64,000 nucleotides of DNA from an uncultured cyanobacterium (lineage in GTDB: Bacteria; Cyanobacteriota; Cyanobacteriia; Cyanobacteriales; CAWUOF01): assembly GCA_963744145.1 (NCBI GenBank), contig CAVUSO010000001.1, positions 1,742,831 to 1,806,830 on the forward strand. The letters are read 5' to 3'. The position numbers were made by a program, and so were the translations under genes. Shown one piece after another: positions 9,295 to 20,159 of this stretch. The notes under the pieces are model-generated. The model was given only the letters and a program-made list of their open reading frames with translations, ran no database searches and was not told the origin of the DNA. Position 1 is the first letter of the stretch; each line of letters begins with the position of its first letter.

Positions 9295-12200
9295 ATGTAT
9301 TTGAACAAATTAGATCCCAAACACTTACAGGAGTTAGCAACAGATAGTGGCATTGATCTGGCCCTAGCTGGGCTAAATTTTCAATCCTTAAAAGGGGATA
9401 TTTCCTATGAATATTTATTAAACTCCGCCCGACTCAATCGGACTAATACAGGAAAACTTACTTATGGGTGGTTACGTCGTTATCGTCATCTTGATCAAGG
9501 AGGTTGGTGGTGTTCCGGATTAGATCCACTTAATCATTGGAATTTAATGGATTGGGGATGTTTTAAACCAAATTATCCCCGCTTAAATCAAGATGGTAAA
9601 ATTATTAAATATGAACATCCTCCTCAGACTCCCACGAGAATTTTTTGTTTGCGAGTAAATTGGCAAATTTGGCAAAAAATTTCTGGGCGTTACCATGTTG
9701 CTATGCCCGATGAAATTAGCCAAAAAGATGATGGCGAAACTTTAGGTTTTTGGTCATGGGTAGTGACCAAAAATCTACCGATCATTTTGTGCGAAGGAGT
9801 GAAAAAAGCCGCCGCTTTATTGAGTCAAGGATATGTAGCGATCGCCTTACCAGGAATCAACAGTGGTTACCGAGTCAATCGCAATGATCAAGGACAGGTC
9901 ATCAACCGCAAATTAATTCCAGACTTAGCTGTATTCACTCAAAAAAACCGGACATTTTATCTGTGCTTTGATTGGGAAAATCAACCCAAAAAAATTAAGG
10001 CAGTTAATCAAGCGATCGCGCAAATAGGTCAATTATTACAAGCGCAAAAATGTCAGGTGAAAGTGATCAGACTACCGGGATTAGAAAAAGGAGTTGATGA
10101 CTTTATTGTTTCCCGATGTCCAAACGAATTCGACTCTCTTTATGATGGGAGTTTAGATTTAGAATCGGATCTGGCTAAAAATAAACCCCATAGTGAATTA
10201 ACCTATCCCCCAGACCTAATTTTACATCAACGCTACCTGGAAAAAATCCCTTTTCCGACAGCAGGATTAGTTGGGGTTAAATCTGCTAAAGGAACTGGAA
10301 AAACTACAGCTCTCACCGCGTTGATCCAAGACCCAAACAATCAAAACCGTCCCATTTTAATTCTCACCCATAGAATCCAACTCGGACAATTTTTATGCGA
10401 TCGTCTGGGGGTAGACTGGATTCATCACCACGATCGGGAAACACCCAGCCAAAAATTAGGACTTTGTTTTGATTCACTTTGGAAAATTGATCCGAATGAT
10501 TGGATGGGGGGAATAATTATCTTAGATGAAATTGAGCAATCCTTGTGGCACCTGCTGAACAGTGATACTTGTAAACAAAAGCGCATCCAAATCTTGGCAA
10601 TTTTTCAACAATTAATTGCTATTGTCTTGCAAACAGAAGGTTTAGTGATTGCTCAAGATGCTGATTTATCAGACCTTTCTCTCGACTACCTCAAAGGATT
10701 AGCTGGAAGTCAAATTGCACCTTGGATTTTAGTGAATGAGTGGAAACCATTAAAAAATTGGGATGTTACCTTCTATGATTGTGCCAATCCTACCATGCTA
10801 ATTCATCAACTAGAACTTGATTTAAAAGCCGGAAAAAAATGTTATGTAGCCACCGATAGTCGTGGAGGACGTTATAGTTGTGAGCTACTCGATCGATATA
10901 TTAAACAACGTCTAGAATCTTTAGTAGATCAATACCCCAAAACTTTAATAGTCAGCGCTCATACTACCACTACTCCTAACCATGAAGCGGTTAATTTTGT
11001 CAAAAATATCAACGAAAACGCTAAAAATTATGACGCGGTTTTTGTGACCCCTACTCTGAGTACAGGAGTGAGTATCGATGTCGAGCATTTTCAGCGTGTT
11101 TATGGGATTTTTGTAGGAGTTATCTCCGATCTAGACGCAAGACAAGCATTAGCAAGAGTACGAGCTAATGTACCAAGAATAATTTGGTGTGCTAAACGGG
11201 GAATTGGTTTGATTGGTAGTGGGAGTAAAAATTATCGCGTGATTTCCCATTGGTATCAAGAAAATCATCAAGAAAACTTAGCTTTAATCAGTCTCCAACC
11301 TAACATTGATGTAGATTTACCGTTAATTTATGATCCGATTCATTTAAGAACTTGGTCGAAATTAGCAGCGAGATTAAATGCTTCGCTGACATTTTATCGT
11401 CTCTCGATGTTAGAAGGATTAAAGAATGAAGGTTATCAAGTTAATCTAATTAGCGATGCTCCTCCCACAGAACGGATTCAAAAGTTACGTCAGACATTTC
11501 TAGCTACTCCGACCGATAATTGGTCAGTCCGTGCTAAATTAATCCGGGAAATTGTGCAAGTACAAAATGAATTTACCAGACAAAGTAAAAAAAGCAAATC
11601 TATTAGTAATCAAATTAAAAATTTGCGTACTCGGAGGGAAATCCAATTAGCTAATGCTGTTGCTAATGCAGTAGATTTGACGGAGAGCGAATATCAACAG
11701 CTATTAGCTAAACGTTATTTAACTGATCAGGAGCGTGAGCAAAGAGATAAATATATTCTACATCAACGCTATGGGGTAAAAGTTACAGCAGAATTAAAAT
11801 TACGAGATGATCAAGGTTATTATTCACAGCTCATTCTGCATTACTATTTAACCCATGAATGTAACTATTTCCAGTTGCGAGATTTGGCAGAATGGAGTCA
11901 ACATTTAGACCGAGGAAAAGGTAAGGTATTTCTACCAGATTTGACACCTTACACTTTAAAAATTGAAGCTCTAAGAGTATTAGGAGTTTTAAAGTTCTTA
12001 GACTTAGATCGATATTTTAGGGAAACTGACTCCGACTTAATCGCTCTGCAAAAAACAGCACAAGAATGTAGTAAGCATATTCAAAGATGCTTGGGGATAA
12101 ACATTTTTCGCGATCGGGAAAAAGAACAGCTTAATTCTGTAAAAATCCTGAGTTTAATTCTAAAGTTGTTGGGAATTAAGCTGAAATTTTGTCAAACCAT

Positions 12201-12351
12201 AAAAAATGAACGGGAATTACCACTGAAAGTTTACCAAATTGACCCTCTGACTTTTAATGATGGTCGAGCCGAAATTTTTGCAATTTGGCAACAACGTGAG
12301 ATGGTGACCGATCAGATTACCAGTGGGGATTTTTCGTTATTAGCGCTTTAG
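9295..12351 (+). CDS. CyRepA-like plasmid-type replication protein: N-terminal DUF3854 (TOPRIM-like primase) domain + P-loop NTPase/helicase-like domain
   Basis: The N-terminus GGWWCSGLDPLNHWNLMDWGCFKPNYP...GKIIKYEHPPQTPTRIFCL and ILCEGVKKAAALLSQGYVAIALPGINSGY match the DUF3854/TOPRIM signature. Walker A is LVGVKSAKGTGKTTAL and Walker B is GGIIILDEIEQ. The architecture is that described for cyanobacterial plasmid replication proteins of the CyRepA type. Confidence 0.6.
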   Translation: MYLNKLDPKHLQELATDSGIDLALAGLNFQSLKGDISYEYLLNSARLNRTNTGKLTYGWLRRYRHLDQGGWWCSGLDPLNHWNLMDWGCFKPNYPRLNQDGKIIKYEHPPQTPTRIFCLRVNWQIWQKISGRYHVAMPDEISQKDDGETLGFWSWVVTKNLPIILCEGVKKAAALLSQGYVAIALPGINSGYRVNRNDQGQVINRKLIPDLAVFTQKNRTFYLCFDWENQPKKIKAVNQAIAQIGQLLQAQKCQVKVIRLPGLEKGVDDFIVSRCPNEFDSLYDGSLDLESDLAKNKPHSELTYPPDLILHQRYLEKIPFPTAGLVGVKSAKGTGKTTALTALIQDPNNQNRPILILTHRIQLGQFLCDRLGVDWIHHHDRETPSQKLGLCFDSLWKIDPNDWMGGIIILDEIEQSLWHLLNSDTCKQKRIQILAIFQQLIAIVLQTEGLVIAQDADLSDLSLDYLKGLAGSQIAPWILVNEWKPLKNWDVTFYDCANPTMLIHQLELDLKAGKKCYVATDSRGGRYSCELLDRYIKQRLESLVDQYPKTLIVSAHTTTTPNHEAVNFVKNINENAKNYDAVFVTPTLSTGVSIDVEHFQRVYGIFVGVISDLDARQALARVRANVPRIIWCAKRGIGLIGSGSKNYRVISHWYQENHQENLALISLQPNIDVDLPLIYDPIHLRTWSKLAARLNASLTFYRLSMLEGLKNEGYQVNLISDAPPTERIQKLRQTFLATPTDNWSVRAKLIREIVQVQNEFTRQSKKSKSISNQIKNLRTRREIQLANAVANAVDLTESEYQQLLAKRYLTDQEREQRDKYILHQRYGVKVTAELKLRDDQGYYSQLILHYYLTHECNYFQLRDLAEWSQHLDRGKGKVFLPDLTPYTLKIEALRVLGVLKFLDLDRYFRETDSDLIALQKTAQECSKHIQRCLGINIFRDREKEQLNSVKILSLILKLLGIKLKFCQTIKNERELPLKVYQIDPLTFNDGRAEIFAIWQQREMVTDQITSGDFSLLAL

Positions 12352-14152
12352 CTAAATGACTTTCTAGCGGTTTGGAAAATAAATATCCTTGGGCAAAATG
12401 GCAATTAAGCGATCGCAATTCTGCCAATTGTTCAGGAGTTTCCACTCCTTCCGCTAATGTTTCCAATCCCATGGTCTGAGCCATACTAATAATCGCGGGT
12501 ACAATCCCAGTATTTTTGTTTATTTCTGCCATCGGTTGGACAAAAGATTTGTCAATTTTGAGAGTATTAAATGGAAAATAATGCAAGTAACTTAAGGAAC
12601 AATAACCAGTCCCAAAGTCATCAATACTTAACTGAATTTGCCGCTCGCGGAGGGCTTGCATGATGGCTTTTACTGATTTATTATTATCCGTAATTGCACT
12701 TTCAGTAATTTCTAACTTTAAGTTTTGCGGATTCAAATTAGTGTCTTGCAGAATTTGGTCAATTCGGTTGAGAAGATTAGGTTGAGAAAATTGACGTGCG
12801 GAAAGATTAACACTAATATGTATGGACTCAAAAATGCTATCCTCTTGTTGCCAAAGATAGAGTTGCTGACAAGCAGCTCTCAACATAAAAATATCAATTT
12901 CCGTAATTAATCCTGTTTCTTCAGCTACAGGAATAAATTTTATTGGTGAAACTAATCCCTGTTGAGGATGGAGCCAGCGTACCAGGGCTTCAAATCCCAC
13001 AATTTGGCCTGTAATTAAAGAGATAATTGGCTGATAATAAGGAATAAATTCTTGTTGATTTATCGCCTTTCTTAGTTCAGTTTCTATTTGTAAAAGCTGA
13101 ATAGCTTCCTCGTGCATATTTGGGTCAAATATATGATAACGAGCTTTTCCCAGTGCCTTAGCTCGGTACATAGCCGTATCCGCATCTCTGAGTACATATT
13201 CGGGTTTTTCATAGTTAATATTTCCCACAGCGATGCCAATACTAGCATTAATAAATACCTCATGTCGAGAAAGTTGAAAAGGATGGGAGAGAGATTGCAA
13301 AATTTTGTCTGCGGTTTGGGCAGCAATATCGATGTTGGCTTTTTCCTCGAGTAAAATAGCAAATTCATCACCGCCTAGTCGGGCTAATGTATCCACCATA
13401 CTTAAAAATTTTTCTAACCGTCTCGCGATCGCAATCAATAATTCATCTCCTACTAAATGACCCAAAGAATCATTCACAATTTTAAAGCGATCGCAATCTA
13501 AAAATAGAATGGCAAAATGATAATCAGGTTCTTCTTTAGTGCGATTCAAAGCTGACTCTAAACGTTCCATAAATAAAGCCCGATTTGGTAAGCCAGTCAG
13601 AGAATCATGTAGAGCCATTTCCAGCAATTTACTTTGAACCCGCTTGCGTTGAATAATTTCTTGTTGCAGTTCTTTATTACTATTTTCTAACTGCAACGTG
13701 CGATCTTCTACCCGTTTTTCAAGTTCAGCATTGAGCTGCATAATTTTTACTTGTGCCGCTCGTAAATTTAATTGATTTTGCACTCGAACTAAAAGTTCTT
13801 CAATTTGAAATGGCTTAGTTACATAGTCAGCACCACCAATTGTAAAAGCTTTTACTTTATCAAGTGTTTCATTTAATGCACTTAAAAAAATCACGGGAAT
13901 TTCCCGAGTTTTGTCAGATTGTTTCAAGATTTCACAGACTTCATAACCATTCATTTCCGGCATATTAATATCAAGTAAAATTAAATCTGGTGGTTTAGCG
14001 TGGGCGGCTTTTAACGCTGTCTTTCCACTGGTAACACACCGAATTTTATACCCTTGATTAGTCAATAAATCGGCCAGCAGCCGGAGATTATCTGGGGTAT
14101 CGTCAACGAGCAGAATATTACCTTTAGATGCAGATGATAAATCCGGATTCAT
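12317..14152 (-). CDS. Response regulator with GGDEF diguanylate cyclase and EAL phosphodiesterase domains (REC-GGDEF-EAL)
   Basis: REC: ILLVDDTPDNLRLLADLL..LILLDINMPEMNGYEV. GGDEF motif RLGGDEFAIL. EAL motif FEALVRW, plus QGYLFSKP at the C-terminus. The ATG overlaps the TGA of the upstream kinase (ATGA). Confidence 0.9.
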   Translation of the reverse strand: MNPDLSSASKGNILLVDDTPDNLRLLADLLTNQGYKIRCVTSGKTALKAAHAKPPDLILLDINMPEMNGYEVCEILKQSDKTREIPVIFLSALNETLDKVKAFTIGGADYVTKPFQIEELLVRVQNQLNLRAAQVKIMQLNAELEKRVEDRTLQLENSNKELQQEIIQRKRVQSKLLEMALHDSLTGLPNRALFMERLESALNRTKEEPDYHFAILFLDCDRFKIVNDSLGHLVGDELLIAIARRLEKFLSMVDTLARLGGDEFAILLEEKANIDIAAQTADKILQSLSHPFQLSRHEVFINASIGIAVGNINYEKPEYVLRDADTAMYRAKALGKARYHIFDPNMHEEAIQLLQIETELRKAINQQEFIPYYQPIISLITGQIVGFEALVRWLHPQQGLVSPIKFIPVAEETGLITEIDIFMLRAACQQLYLWQQEDSIFESIHISVNLSARQFSQPNLLNRIDQILQDTNLNPQNLKLEITESAITDNNKSVKAIMQALRERQIQLSIDDFGTGYCSLSYLHYFPFNTLKIDKSFVQPMAEINKNTGIVPAIISMAQTMGLETLAEGVETPEQLAELRSLNCHFAQGYLFSKPLESHLAKALITKNPHW

Positions 14153-17100
14153 TTGGTTATCTTTTCAGTGATTTGGATAATTTTTTCAAATTCAAATTCT
14201 TGCACTAAATTAGCTAAAGCGGTTGATAGACCAATATCTAAATCCGCGATTTGCTTAACTAACTCTAAAATTAAATCACCATCAGCTTCGATGGCGGCTT
14301 GATGTAAAGAGACAATCCAGGAGTAAGGAAGCTTTTCCCAACTGGTGATATCCATAACTTTCGTTGAATTTGGTAGTAACCTTTCTCCATGCTGAGGTTC
14401 CTCTTTTAATGACTGATCATAAGTATATTGTACTCCTAAATGTTGAGCCATTTTTTCCAGAATTACCAGATCTTGAAAAGGTTTACGAATAAAGTCATCG
14501 CATCCGGCTGATAAAACTAGATTGCGTTGCTCTTCAAACGCACTAGCTGTGATGGCAATAATTACCGTTGCTTGACCTTGCAAATGGGCTTTAATCTGCT
14601 TGGTCGCTTCATAGCCATCCATAATGGGCATCTGCATATCCATCCAGATCAGGTGTGGGTGCCAACTTTCCCAACCAGCAATTGCTTCTCGACCATTTTG
14701 TGCTTCCTGTACAGAAAAACCAATTGCGGTCAGCAGTTTGACCAACAATAGACGATTTTCGCTCTGATCTTCAACGACCAAAATCCGATATTCAGGCTGA
14801 TCTGGTGCTAACCCAATAATTTTTGGTTGAGTTTTACTAATGGTAACTTCGCTCGCTCTCGCTTGACTAATTTCCACGTCAAATGTAAATTTTGTACCTT
14901 TACCTAAAGCAGTATTAACTATAATACTACCTCCCATTAGCTCCACGAACTTTTTACTAATAGGTAAACCTAAGCCAGTTCCTTGCTGAGATTGTCGTCC
15001 GGTTTTGGTTTGAGAAAAAGCTTCAAATAATTTATCTAGTTCCTCCTCAGCTATTCCTGGGCCAGTATCAGAAACTTCAAAATAAAGGTGATTTAGTTCG
15101 GTAGATTTTTCCCCCTCTATTGGTAACCAAACTCGCAATAATACACTACCTTTTTCGGTAAATTTAATCGCATTTCCTAGCAAATTAATTAAAACTTGAC
15201 GTAATTTACTTTCATCAGTTCGCACATATTGAGGTAGAGTGGTATCATAGTCGATCTGAAACTCTAAACCTTTGGATAAAGCTTTTAGCCCCAGCATTTC
15301 TCGTAAACTGTCTAGCAGACGAATTAAGTCAAAACTATTTGACTGCAAATTAATTCTACCTGCTTCAATTTTTGACATTTCTAAAATATCATTAATTAAT
15401 GATAGTAAATGTTCACCGCTGCGATTGATTATGCCTAAATATTGCTGTTGAGATGTCGATAATGAACCATCTCGATCTAGCAATTGAGTAAAGCCTAGAA
15501 TCGCATTTAATGGTGTTCTCAATTCGTGACTCATTGCTGCGAGAAATTCACTTTTAGCCCGGTTAGCAGCATCTGCTGCTTCTTTGGCTTGTTGCAGTGC
15601 TGCTTCCGCTCTTTTCCGCTCGGCAATTTCAGTTTTAGCTTGTTCAAATAGGGTACATTGCTGAATCGCGATCGCTAATTGGACAGACAATTGTCTGAGT
15701 GAATCGATTTCCGTAGATAACCACGATCGCGAATTTCGACAATGATGTACGATCAATAATCCCCATAATCTATCACCTTGTAAAATTGGCACTACTAGGT
15801 TAGCTTTCACCTGAAATTGATTTAATAAATTAATATGACATTGGCTGAGTTCGGAATTAAAAATATCATCAATTGCCCTGACGCGACCCTTTTGATATAG
15901 GGTACTATAGTTTTGGTTAAAGCAAGGATCTTCAAAATTTCTGCCCCAAATTGATTGCCAATTTTCACCAACTGATTCTACCACTACTGTCCCATTACTA
16001 TCATGCTCAAAACGATATATAATGGTGCGATCTGTTGATAAAAATTGTCGCACTTCCTCTACTGCTTTAGTCAGAACTTCTTCCAAATCAAGGGAGGAGC
16101 GAATTCGTTCTTGCATATTCCCCACTAACCACTCTTTCAAAAATTGTTGCTGTAAAGCAATTTCTGCTTGCTTTCGTTCGGTAATATCAATGATCGAAAC
16201 AAATAGACGAATTGTTTGTCCAGTTGCGTTAATATCTGTTTCTCCTCTGACCTCAATGTGACGGACAGAACTGTCAGGTCTCACGATCCGACAGTCAATT
16301 TGCTGGGGTTTTCCAGTCGTGATCATATGTTCAATATTTTTTTGCCACGCTTCCCGGTCATCAGGATGAATCCGTTCGATCAGTTCAGCATTAGTTGGAG
16401 TTGATTGAGTTGGAGTAATCCCAAAAATTCGGAATAATTCTTCTGACCAAATCACTTCTCCGGTCAGGAGCGAAAATTCCCAGCTCCCTACATGAGCAAC
16501 TCTCTGAGCTGTTGCTAAAGAAGCTTCACTTTTTTGCAAAGAAGTGATTAAGCGCGTCTTTTCTTCTTCAGCTTGTTTACGATCGGTAATATCAGAAGCT
16601 GTACCAGTTATCCCCAGAAAATTCCCAGCTTCATCCCGTTGGGCGATCGCATTAAACATTAAATAAATTGGTCTACCATCTTTAGCAATATGACTGCTTT
16701 CATACTGAAAAACTCTTTCACCTTGCTTAATCCCTTCAAAGATTTTTTGATCTTTAACTATTTGTTCATTTAGCATAAAATCAGCTATTTTTTTGCCGAT
16801 CATTTCTTCAGGATTATAGCCATAAATTTGTTGGACGGCTGGATTAACAAAAGTATATACCCCAGCGGTATCTACTGACCAAATTATGTCCTGAGATGCT
16901 TCTACTAAAGTCCGATATTTAGTTTCATTTTCTTGTAAAGCTGCTTCAACTAGAATCCGTTCTCTAATTTCTTGTTGGAGCTGAATATTTTGACGATCTA
17001 AATTAGTCCGGGCTTGTTTTTCTTGTGCCAGTAATTTAGCATGGGCGATCGCAATTCCCAATTGAGCTGCAACTGATTCTAATAGATCAATTTCACCAGT

Positions 17101-20013
17101 TGTCCAAGTCCGAAAATAATCACACTGATGTAACCCAATCACACCATTAATCTCTCCCTGATAAGAAGTTCTTACTGATAGCAAAGACTTCAGATTAATT
17201 TGCTCACATAAATTTGCGACTGGTTTTAAGAGAGGATCGATATAAACATCGGGTGAGGAAATCGCTTGATCTTGAGCTAGCATTTTTTGCGCGTGTAAGT
17301 TACCAATAACGGGAATATCTATACCAAATAACGAGTTAGAACTATCTGTCACAAATTCTGCCATGATTGGCATTTTCGGAATCGGGGTATGATGGTATGT
17401 ATGAATTAAACAACGATCAACTTTCATCAGTTGACCAAGTTGATTAGCCGCCGTTGTAAAAATTTCCTGGGGGTCTAAGCTAGAGCGAATATTTTCTGTG
17501 ATTTGTTTGAGTAATACGGTGCGTCTAAATTGTGTAGTTAATGTATCCACAGCAGTTTTTTCTTCAGTAATATCTGATTGGATTCCAATATAGTGAGTTA
17601 ATTTTCCTCTCTCATCTCTGACGGGAGAAATTGAAAATTCATTCCAAAATAGAGTCCCATCTTTGCGATAGTTACGCAAAACTACCCGACATTCTTTTTG
17701 AGCCTTAATTGCTAGTCGTAATTCTTCTAAAGCTGGTTGATCCGAATCATTTCTCTGCAAAAATCGACAATTGTTGCCCAGTGCTTCTGCTGCTGAATAA
17801 CCTGTAATTGTTTCAAATGCTGGATTTACATAAATCACAGGATTATCCGGAACTTGAGCATCACTAACCACTATACCGTTGTTAGAAGCAGCAATTGCTC
17901 GCTCTAATAATCGTAAACGTTCTTCTGATTGTTTACGCTCGGTGATATCAACCCAATAACCAACACATTCAATCGGATTACCATGAATGTCACGGATTAA
18001 CCTGACTTGATCATAGAGCCAACGATAAGTTCCGTCAGCATGGAGAAAGCGATATTCATGGGTATGATACCCATCCACAAATAACTGATTTAATTCGGTA
18101 AAAACTCGCTCTACATCCCCAGGATAAATGTGGTTTTTCCAGAAAGCTGTATCTTCAAGAAATTCTTTTGCTTGATAACCAACGATCGCACTAACGTTGT
18201 CGCTAATAAATGTAATCCCATCATCTTTGGTTAATTTGGCACTATAAATTATGCCTGGACTAGAAGCAAATAAATGTTGCATTCTTTCTGTGGCTAGTCG
18301 CAGGGCTAATTCTGATTGAATCCGCTCGGTAATATCTGTTCCGGTTCCCACAATCTGCTGCGGTTTACCATCAGCGTTTCTCGTAAATATCGTCTCCCGA
18401 TTTACTAACCAGCGCCATTCATTTTTTTGATTTTTAATTCGATATTCAAGCTCAAATATATCACCATCTTTAGCTAAATTCAATTTCTTTAAATATTGAC
18501 GAAATTTACCAATATCTTCCGGATGAATAATTCTTAATAATCCTCCGATTCCTAACAGTTTAATTTCTTCCGAATCATAACCTAAAATTGGACTAATTTG
18601 ACAATTAATATAGATAATATTTTGCTCAATTATATCATATATATACAAAATATTTGGGCTAGATTCAGCAATCCTTTGAATAAACAGTTTGCTCTCTAAT
18701 AGTGCAGTTTCTGCTTCCTCTCTAGCTAAAGCGATCGCCATGATTTCTCCCACCATTTTCAGCAAACTAATATTTGCTTGACTCCAAACTTTGGGGAGAA
18801 ATTTTTCTAATCCCAAACAGCCAATTACATTCCCTGTATACAGCATATTAACTTTGATATTTGCGGCGCTGATCTCCGTTGGTAAATCAGCACTAATCGA
18901 GATATCTAAACCTTGATGATTGCGGATATTGTCCTGGATAGATTGGTGATTTTCGATTGATATTGATTGCAGATCACACCGGAAGGGGAGAAGATTTTTA
19001 GCGTACCATTCATAGGTATTAATGATTTTACTACTGTCGTGAGAGTATCGATAGATATAACTGCGATCGCTTCCTGTAAATTCACCAATTGCTTGCAGGG
19101 TAAAATTAATTGCTGTGGTTAAGTCTGATTCAATCAAAACACGGGATATGCGACTTAGTAAATGCTCCAGATCCGCTCGATGCTGTAAAGATTCTTTAGC
19201 TTTTTGTCGCTCTGTGATATCTTTGCTCACAAAAATAATGCACATTTGCCCACTTAAATCGATGATTTCTGCTGAAACCAGCATCGTTCTAATTTCACCG
19301 GATTTAGTGCGGAAATCAACCTCCTGGTTCCGAATTACTTCTTCTTCTTGCAATAGATAGTTTAATCTGTAAAAATCTTCTCGATCTATCCAAATATTTA
19401 GATCCATTGAAGTATAACCGATCACCTCTTCCCGGTGATAACCAGTCATTTGACAAAAGCTATCATTGATCTCAATATATCTTCCTTCAGCAAAGGTAAA
19501 CAGAACGATCGCATCGGGAGAAGAACGAAAAGCTTTAGTAAATTTTTCTTCTGCTTCCTTGCGGACCCGGATTTCCTGTTGCATTTTGACATTTTGTTCT
19601 GTTAGTTGTTTTTGCAACTCCCTGAGTCGCAATTGATTTTCAACTCTTGCTAAAACTTCTTCTAAATGAAACGGTTTATTTATATAATCTACACCTCCCA
19701 CAGTAAAAGCTTTTACTTTATCAAGTATTTCCGTTAAAGAGCTGATGAAAATAACTGGTATATCGTGAGTTTTTTGGTTAGCTTTTAGTTTTTCACAAAC
19801 TTCATAGCCATCCATTTCTGGCATCATAATATCTAGCAAAATTAGCTGTGGTGGTAAGAAGTGAATAGTTGACAGAGCCATTTTGCCATTAGTTACACCT
19901 CGCACTTTATATCCTTGGTCTGTTAGCATATTTGATAATAACCGGAGATCGGCGAGCATATCATCAACTATCAGAATATTCGCTTTGGCTGGATCAGGTA
20001 TTTTGTTAGGCAT
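14149..20013 (-). CDS. Giant (1954 aa) hybrid sensor histidine kinase: REC - multiple PAS/GAF - HisKA - HATPase - REC - C-terminal helical (HPt-like) region
   Basis: N-terminal [34 protein letters not shown]-box [15 protein letters not shown]-box LINLLGNAIKFT, G1 DTGPGI, G2 GTGLGLPISKKF. Second [34 protein letters not shown]. Confidence 0.9.
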   Translation of the reverse strand: MPNKIPDPAKANILIVDDMLADLRLLSNMLTDQGYKVRGVTNGKMALSTIHFLPPQLILLDIMMPEMDGYEVCEKLKANQKTHDIPVIFISSLTEILDKVKAFTVGGVDYINKPFHLEEVLARVENQLRLRELQKQLTEQNVKMQQEIRVRKEAEEKFTKAFRSSPDAIVLFTFAEGRYIEINDSFCQMTGYHREEVIGYTSMDLNIWIDREDFYRLNYLLQEEEVIRNQEVDFRTKSGEIRTMLVSAEIIDLSGQMCIIFVSKDITERQKAKESLQHRADLEHLLSRISRVLIESDLTTAINFTLQAIGEFTGSDRSYIYRYSHDSSKIINTYEWYAKNLLPFRCDLQSISIENHQSIQDNIRNHQGLDISISADLPTEISAANIKVNMLYTGNVIGCLGLEKFLPKVWSQANISLLKMVGEIMAIALAREEAETALLESKLFIQRIAESSPNILYIYDIIEQNIIYINCQISPILGYDSEEIKLLGIGGLLRIIHPEDIGKFRQYLKKLNLAKDGDIFELEYRIKNQKNEWRWLVNRETIFTRNADGKPQQIVGTGTDITERIQSELALRLATERMQHLFASSPGIIYSAKLTKDDGITFISDNVSAIVGYQAKEFLEDTAFWKNHIYPGDVERVFTELNQLFVDGYHTHEYRFLHADGTYRWLYDQVRLIRDIHGNPIECVGYWVDITERKQSEERLRLLERAIAASNNGIVVSDAQVPDNPVIYVNPAFETITGYSAAEALGNNCRFLQRNDSDQPALEELRLAIKAQKECRVVLRNYRKDGTLFWNEFSISPVRDERGKLTHYIGIQSDITEEKTAVDTLTTQFRRTVLLKQITENIRSSLDPQEIFTTAANQLGQLMKVDRCLIHTYHHTPIPKMPIMAEFVTDSSNSLFGIDIPVIGNLHAQKMLAQDQAISSPDVYIDPLLKPVANLCEQINLKSLLSVRTSYQGEINGVIGLHQCDYFRTWTTGEIDLLESVAAQLGIAIAHAKLLAQEKQARTNLDRQNIQLQQEIRERILVEAALQENETKYRTLVEASQDIIWSVDTAGVYTFVNPAVQQIYGYNPEEMIGKKIADFMLNEQIVKDQKIFEGIKQGERVFQYESSHIAKDGRPIYLMFNAIAQRDEAGNFLGITGTASDITDRKQAEEEKTRLITSLQKSEASLATAQRVAHVGSWEFSLLTGEVIWSEELFRIFGITPTQSTPTNAELIERIHPDDREAWQKNIEHMITTGKPQQIDCRIVRPDSSVRHIEVRGETDINATGQTIRLFVSIIDITERKQAEIALQQQFLKEWLVGNMQERIRSSLDLEEVLTKAVEEVRQFLSTDRTIIYRFEHDSNGTVVVESVGENWQSIWGRNFEDPCFNQNYSTLYQKGRVRAIDDIFNSELSQCHINLLNQFQVKANLVVPILQGDRLWGLLIVHHCRNSRSWLSTEIDSLRQLSVQLAIAIQQCTLFEQAKTEIAERKRAEAALQQAKEAADAANRAKSEFLAAMSHELRTPLNAILGFTQLLDRDGSLSTSQQQYLGIINRSGEHLLSLINDILEMSKIEAGRINLQSNSFDLIRLLDSLREMLGLKALSKGLEFQIDYDTTLPQYVRTDESKLRQVLINLLGNAIKFTEKGSVLLRVWLPIEGEKSTELNHLYFEVSDTGPGIAEEELDKLFEAFSQTKTGRQSQQGTGLGLPISKKFVELMGGSIIVNTALGKGTKFTFDVEISQARASEVTISKTQPKIIGLAPDQPEYRILVVEDQSENRLLLVKLLTAIGFSVQEAQNGREAIAGWESWHPHLIWMDMQMPIMDGYEATKQIKAHLQGQATVIIAITASAFEEQRNLVLSAGCDDFIRKPFQDLVILEKMAQHLGVQYTYDQSLKEEPQHGERLLPNSTKVMDITSWEKLPYSWIVSLHQAAIEADGDLILELVKQIADLDIGLSTALANLVQEFEFEKIIQITEKITK

Positions 20014-20159
20014 ATTTTTTAGCTAAATTTTTACTAAAATGGCAACAAAACTAATATTATTTAATCTGAGTATAATTTGACCAAATTCTTGCTAATCATA
20101 TTGGATTTTTTTGATTCATATTATTAGCTCTAGCCTTTGATGGTTTAATTTTGGCAGGT

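Noticed and set aside
13084-13371. ORFs 13084..13371 (-), 13112..13354 (+), 12725..12910 (+) within the REC-GGDEF-EAL gene
   Set aside because: They overlap a well-supported coding frame; their translations are low-complexity.
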